From NCBI GenBank assembly GCA_044225825.1, contig JBGAIB010000002.1:193660-257659 (forward strand): a stretch of DNA of 64,000 bases. The letters are read 5' to 3'. The stretch comes from Chitinophagales bacterium. Its GTDB lineage: Bacteria > Bacteroidota > Bacteroidia > Chitinophagales > LD1. A program made the translations under genes and the position numbers. Below, in pieces: positions 60,322 through 64,000 of the stretch. The stretch's first letter is position 1. Each line of letters starts with the position of its first letter. Below the pieces are notes generated by a model that was given only the letters and a program-made list of their open reading frames with translations, did not search any database and was not told the origin of the DNA.

Positions 60322-62322
60322 ATGAAAAAACATGTTTTAGCTGTTGTGCTATTCCTGGTAGCCTTAAGTATGAGCAGCCAAAAGAAATCAGCGCTCATTA
60401 TTGCTAATTCCGATTATAACCGGTCAAAAACCGGTTGGCGGGAATTACACTGTGCGAAGGATACCGAGCTAATTAAGACTGCCCTAATAAAATCGGGATT
60501 TGCAGCGCAGGATATTCATGTAGCGTACAATGTAACTAAGGAGCAGATGCTGGTTGCGCTGCGCCAGTATAGTCAGCAACTTCAGCCGGGTGACTTCGCT
60601 TTTTTGCATTACTCAGGGCACGGACAATTGGTACAAGATCTAAACGGTGACGAAGTAAATGGATTCGATCAGGCACTTGTGCCTTTAGACGCGCCAAGCT
60701 GCGATCTGGATTTATACGACTATAAGGGCAGTGCTTATAAAAATGTATATCGCGGAGAAAAACATTTAATAGATGATGAACTGGATACGCTGCTTACTGA
60801 CATGCGGCATCGTTTGGGCAGTGCCGGTTTCCTTTTTGTAAGTATCGATGCCTGCCACTCTAATACCGCAACGAAATCAGTAGAGGCAAAAGCCGGTCCC
60901 GAAAGAGGTAGTTCTTTTAAATGGATGATTAATGATGCCATGACGGCCTATGCGGGTAAGTCTTTTGACAGTGAACATGGTATGGGGCTTACCCGTGCTC
61001 CAGAGGAAAATAAAGGAGCAGATATGTTTTGCATCTATGCAAGTTCGCAAAACGATGCCAACAACGAATATTACGACGGAGAGTTACAATGCGGATCGCT
61101 TTCTTTGGCCTTATCTAAAGCGCTGGCAAATACAAATGCGTTAACCAGCTACCGGAGTATATATTACCGGGTAAAGAGTAACATGTCTAATATGCCGGGA
61201 GTATACAACACACCAGACTGTGAGGGAGCGCTTGATAAAATAGTTTTTGGGGGCAAGAGTGTGCAGGAGCCCTTTCATTTTCGCGTAAGCAAAGTGGTTT
61301 ATAATCCCGCCAGCGTAGTGATTGATGGCGGTACTCTTTTTAATTTGTTTTCAGGCGACTCCATCAATCTGTATGTTTCGGAAACCCTGGACACTTCTAA
61401 AACGCAACCGCTGGCAATTGGTGTTATTGATGCCGTGAACAGTACAAACGCTTCAGTAAGGCTGATCAGCTTTAGTCCTGAACTTATAGGTAAACTGGAG
61501 AATGGTTGGGCTTATGTTCGTACACCACATTATTTATTGGTACGCCTGGAGAACTTTGATCCTGTCGAAAAACAGGTATTCGAGTCTCTTTGCCAAAAAA
61601 GCAACACGATACGCATTGCTCCGAACAAGCAAGAACTAAACATAAAACGCACCCCCACAGGATATGAACTTTCGGAAAATGGAAATCCTGTGTTTTTTAC
61701 CACCAGCGCACTTGATACCGTATTTTATAAACTGGAAGACTACAGACGTTACCAGGCCCTGCTCTCCTTAACGAACGATCTTCCATTGAATGCAGAACTA
61801 AAGATGTTTAGAGATACGGGGGCAGGTAAAACAGTACCTCTACCACCCGGGGGTCAAATAAAAATTGGTGAACGGATCGGTTTCCGGATAGTTAATCACT
61901 CCATTTACAGTTTGTATTTTATGCTTGTTGAACTTTCCCCGGAAAGGAGTGCGGCGGTGGCGCTACCCAAAACCGACAAACAAACCGGGTTGTTAAATTT
62001 TAGCCTATGTAATATGGATGCCCAGGACTCTCTAACCTTGTTTAAGGCAGATGGCAAAGGTTACTGGTGGCGTGTTACAAGGCCGGCAGGAAAATACAAG
62101 TTCCGGTTGTTGGTTTCAACGGTGCCCTTCGACCAGAGCTTTATAACAGGTTTTTATTCTAATGATGCTCAACTCCTTGCCCACCAGACCTATGGCACCG
62201 ATAAAGCAATAGCGATGAAAGACAAAGGGGGTACGCTTAAAAACACCTCTTTTTCCGAACTGATAATTTCATCCAAATTACACCTGTTTGATCTGGAATA
62301 TGAAGCGGTTTCGGCTCGCTAA
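60322..62322 (+). CDS. Exported caspase-family (peptidase C14) protein
   Basis: Signal peptide; catalytic dyad HYSGHG and IDACHS; DLNGDE..GFDQALVPLD; long C-terminal extension. Confidence 0.9.
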   Translation: MKKHVLAVVLFLVALSMSSQKKSALIIANSDYNRSKTGWRELHCAKDTELIKTALIKSGFAAQDIHVAYNVTKEQMLVALRQYSQQLQPGDFAFLHYSGHGQLVQDLNGDEVNGFDQALVPLDAPSCDLDLYDYKGSAYKNVYRGEKHLIDDELDTLLTDMRHRLGSAGFLFVSIDACHSNTATKSVEAKAGPERGSSFKWMINDAMTAYAGKSFDSEHGMGLTRAPEENKGADMFCIYASSQNDANNEYYDGELQCGSLSLALSKALANTNALTSYRSIYYRVKSNMSNMPGVYNTPDCEGALDKIVFGGKSVQEPFHFRVSKVVYNPASVVIDGGTLFNLFSGDSINLYVSETLDTSKTQPLAIGVIDAVNSTNASVRLISFSPELIGKLENGWAYVRTPHYLLVRLENFDPVEKQVFESLCQKSNTIRIAPNKQELNIKRTPTGYELSENGNPVFFTTSALDTVFYKLEDYRRYQALLSLTNDLPLNAELKMFRDTGAGKTVPLPPGGQIKIGERIGFRIVNHSIYSLYFMLVELSPERSAAVALPKTDKQTGLLNFSLCNMDAQDSLTLFKADGKGYWWRVTRPAGKYKFRLLVSTVPFDQSFITGFYSNDAQLLAHQTYGTDKAIAMKDKGGTLKNTSFSELIISSKLHLFDLEYEAVSAR

Positions 62323-62376
62323 AGACGTTTTATATTTAATTTACTGCCATAATTGAACAATAGCACCGACAAAACT

Positions 62377-63651
62377 ATGCAGGGCAAGAAAAAGCATCAG
62401 GAGGGAGGTTCCATATTTAATGTAATGCTTCTATTCCGGGAAGCCTTTCTCACTACCATATTTACCTTTGCTATTGCCGTTGTTATCTATCTGTTATCTG
62501 CTTACCTATTGCATTTTAATTCGCATGCCTATAACAGTTTTCATCAGGCGCTGGCTCAATTTCAATATACCGATTTAGTGTTTTCAGCACGCGATAGCAC
62601 GTTGACGGATACCCGCATCGTTATCGTTAACTCCGGCGATGCCGCTTGCCGTGGTGCTTATCGCGAACAGCTCGCCCACAAGCTCGAGCTTATTCAACAA
62701 CAGGAACCTGCTATTGTTGGTTTGGATGTAATTTTTGACGATAAACCAGCGGGCGACTCTTGTACATCTGCCGACGATTACCTTCAAAGTGTACTGGCAA
62801 AAATGCCGACCCTTGTCAGCGCATCTATTATAAGATATAAGAACCCCGAAAGCCAGAATCCTGAAATAGATAAAATTGTTGGGTCAGATCTCCGATTTGG
62901 CTTAAAAGACAGGGAAGGGTTTTCAAACATTCCGGGCAAACCATCAGAAATAGTCCGTTACTTTAAGCCGCGGATCGAATTCAATGGCAAAGTTTACGAG
63001 TCATTTGCAGTCAAAATTGCAAGTGCTGTTAATCGTGACATAGTAGAAAAGCAGTTGCCCAAAGAGTGTATTGAAAACGAGGTTATCAATTACCGTATAA
63101 AGAAGTTTGACATAATAGATGCCTCCGAAGTATATCAAGGAAGCCCAGCCCTTGGTCGTTTGAAGGGTAAAATTGTATTGGTGGGCTATCTTGGTGCAAA
63201 CGTGAATCAGTTTTCTTTAAGAGATAATTACGTAACACCAATGAACCGGAGTTTTGGTGGGCATACCATACCGGACACTTATGGCGTACAGATACATGCT
63301 CAAATAATCTCCATGCTGCTTAACAACCGAGGTATAATAGAGTTGCCTTTCGTTGTTAAGTGGTTTCTTTCCTTCATCATTTGCTATCTGCATCTGCTAC
63401 TTTTTTTATACCTCTACCGAAACCATCATGGCTGGTTTCATTTAGTGTCTAAAACAGTACAATTAATTTCCTTTATCGTTATACTTGTTCTGGCAATAGC
63501 GTTGATTGCCGGTTCTGCACGTATTAAACTCGAGCCGGCCTCCCTCTTATTGCCGGTTGTGCTTTCGGTTGATTGTATCTACTTCTTTGAGCCATTAGTT
63601 GCCATAGCAGGAAAAAGGCTGGGCATAAAAACTTATTTTGATCATCACTAA
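62377..63651 (+). CDS. CHASE2-domain membrane protein without a cytoplasmic output domain
   Basis: N-terminal TM; IVIVN, R..LA, IVGLDVIF, LKGKIVLVG, TP, YGVQIHAQIISMLL; then three TM and stop. Confidence 0.88.
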   Translation: MQGKKKHQEGGSIFNVMLLFREAFLTTIFTFAIAVVIYLLSAYLLHFNSHAYNSFHQALAQFQYTDLVFSARDSTLTDTRIVIVNSGDAACRGAYREQLAHKLELIQQQEPAIVGLDVIFDDKPAGDSCTSADDYLQSVLAKMPTLVSASIIRYKNPESQNPEIDKIVGSDLRFGLKDREGFSNIPGKPSEIVRYFKPRIEFNGKVYESFAVKIASAVNRDIVEKQLPKECIENEVINYRIKKFDIIDASEVYQGSPALGRLKGKIVLVGYLGANVNQFSLRDNYVTPMNRSFGGHTIPDTYGVQIHAQIISMLLNNRGIIELPFVVKWFLSFIICYLHLLLFLYLYRNHHGWFHLVSKTVQLISFIVILVLAIALIAGSARIKLEPASLLLPVVLSVDCIYFFEPLVAIAGKRLGIKTYFDHH

Positions 63652-63653
63652 CC

Positions 63654-64000
63654 ATGAAAGCCGCTTTTACCATTCTACTAACGCTGGGAGTCCTTTGGGC
63701 CAGTTCAGCCGTGCATGTACAAAGCTATGTGGGAGGCGTGAGCATTTGGAGGGTAAATGAGAGCGGCTCCATGGTAAATCAAATTTCAACCACCACTAAC
63801 ATTACCACCATTTCCATTGGTTCCCCAGAGCGACTACTAATGGACCGACATGCGCAAGTACTAGTTTCCATTAATGATACAGCTGGTGTTTGGCTAAAAA
63901 CCGAAAATAAACGTGACACCTTTTCGTACCAGCAATTGCTTGCCATTTACGAACACAGCATCGGTTGGAATGCGCAGCTAGGCGATATCATCGCGAAAGT
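63654..64000 (+). CDS. Secreted protein (partial, runs off the window)
   Basis: ATG 2 nt after the CHASE2 stop; MKAAFTILLTLGVLWASSA signal peptide; frame open to the end of the window. Confidence 0.7.
   Translation, partial: MKAAFTILLTLGVLWASSAVHVQSYVGGVSIWRVNESGSMVNQISTTTNITTISIGSPERLLMDRHAQVLVSINDTAGVWLKTENKRDTFSYQQLLAIYEHSIGWNAQLGDIIAK

Overview
Chromosomal segment of a Bacteroidota bacterium, probably Chitinophagales-like (gldB, a T9SS cargo protein, TAnnTTTG-type promoters). Most of it is housekeeping or envelope genes (5' end of rpoC, cysS, kbl, ppa, psd, scpA, trhO, lemA/TPM, GH3, radical SAM). No rRNA, tRNA, CRISPR array, integrase or transposase was recognised. The main points of interest are: (1) an AT-rich island at about 3.5-8.9 kb encoding a calcineurin-like phosphoesterase, an ORC/CDC6/STAND-like ATPase and a probable CARF-like protein, converging on an orphan Dam-like methyltransferase, a candidate anti-phage system; (2) two copies of an apparent ~58-nt small RNA gene, each with identically spaced ECF-type promoter boxes, flanking a T9SS cargo gene; (3) a five-copy variable-loop hairpin repeat array at 2.25-2.59 kb; (4) a lipoprotein / exported caspase / output-less CHASE2 operon at the right end; (5) rpoC uncoupled from rpoB; (6) an orphan PoNi-type immunity gene. 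All family assignments come from motif recognition by eye; no database search was run.
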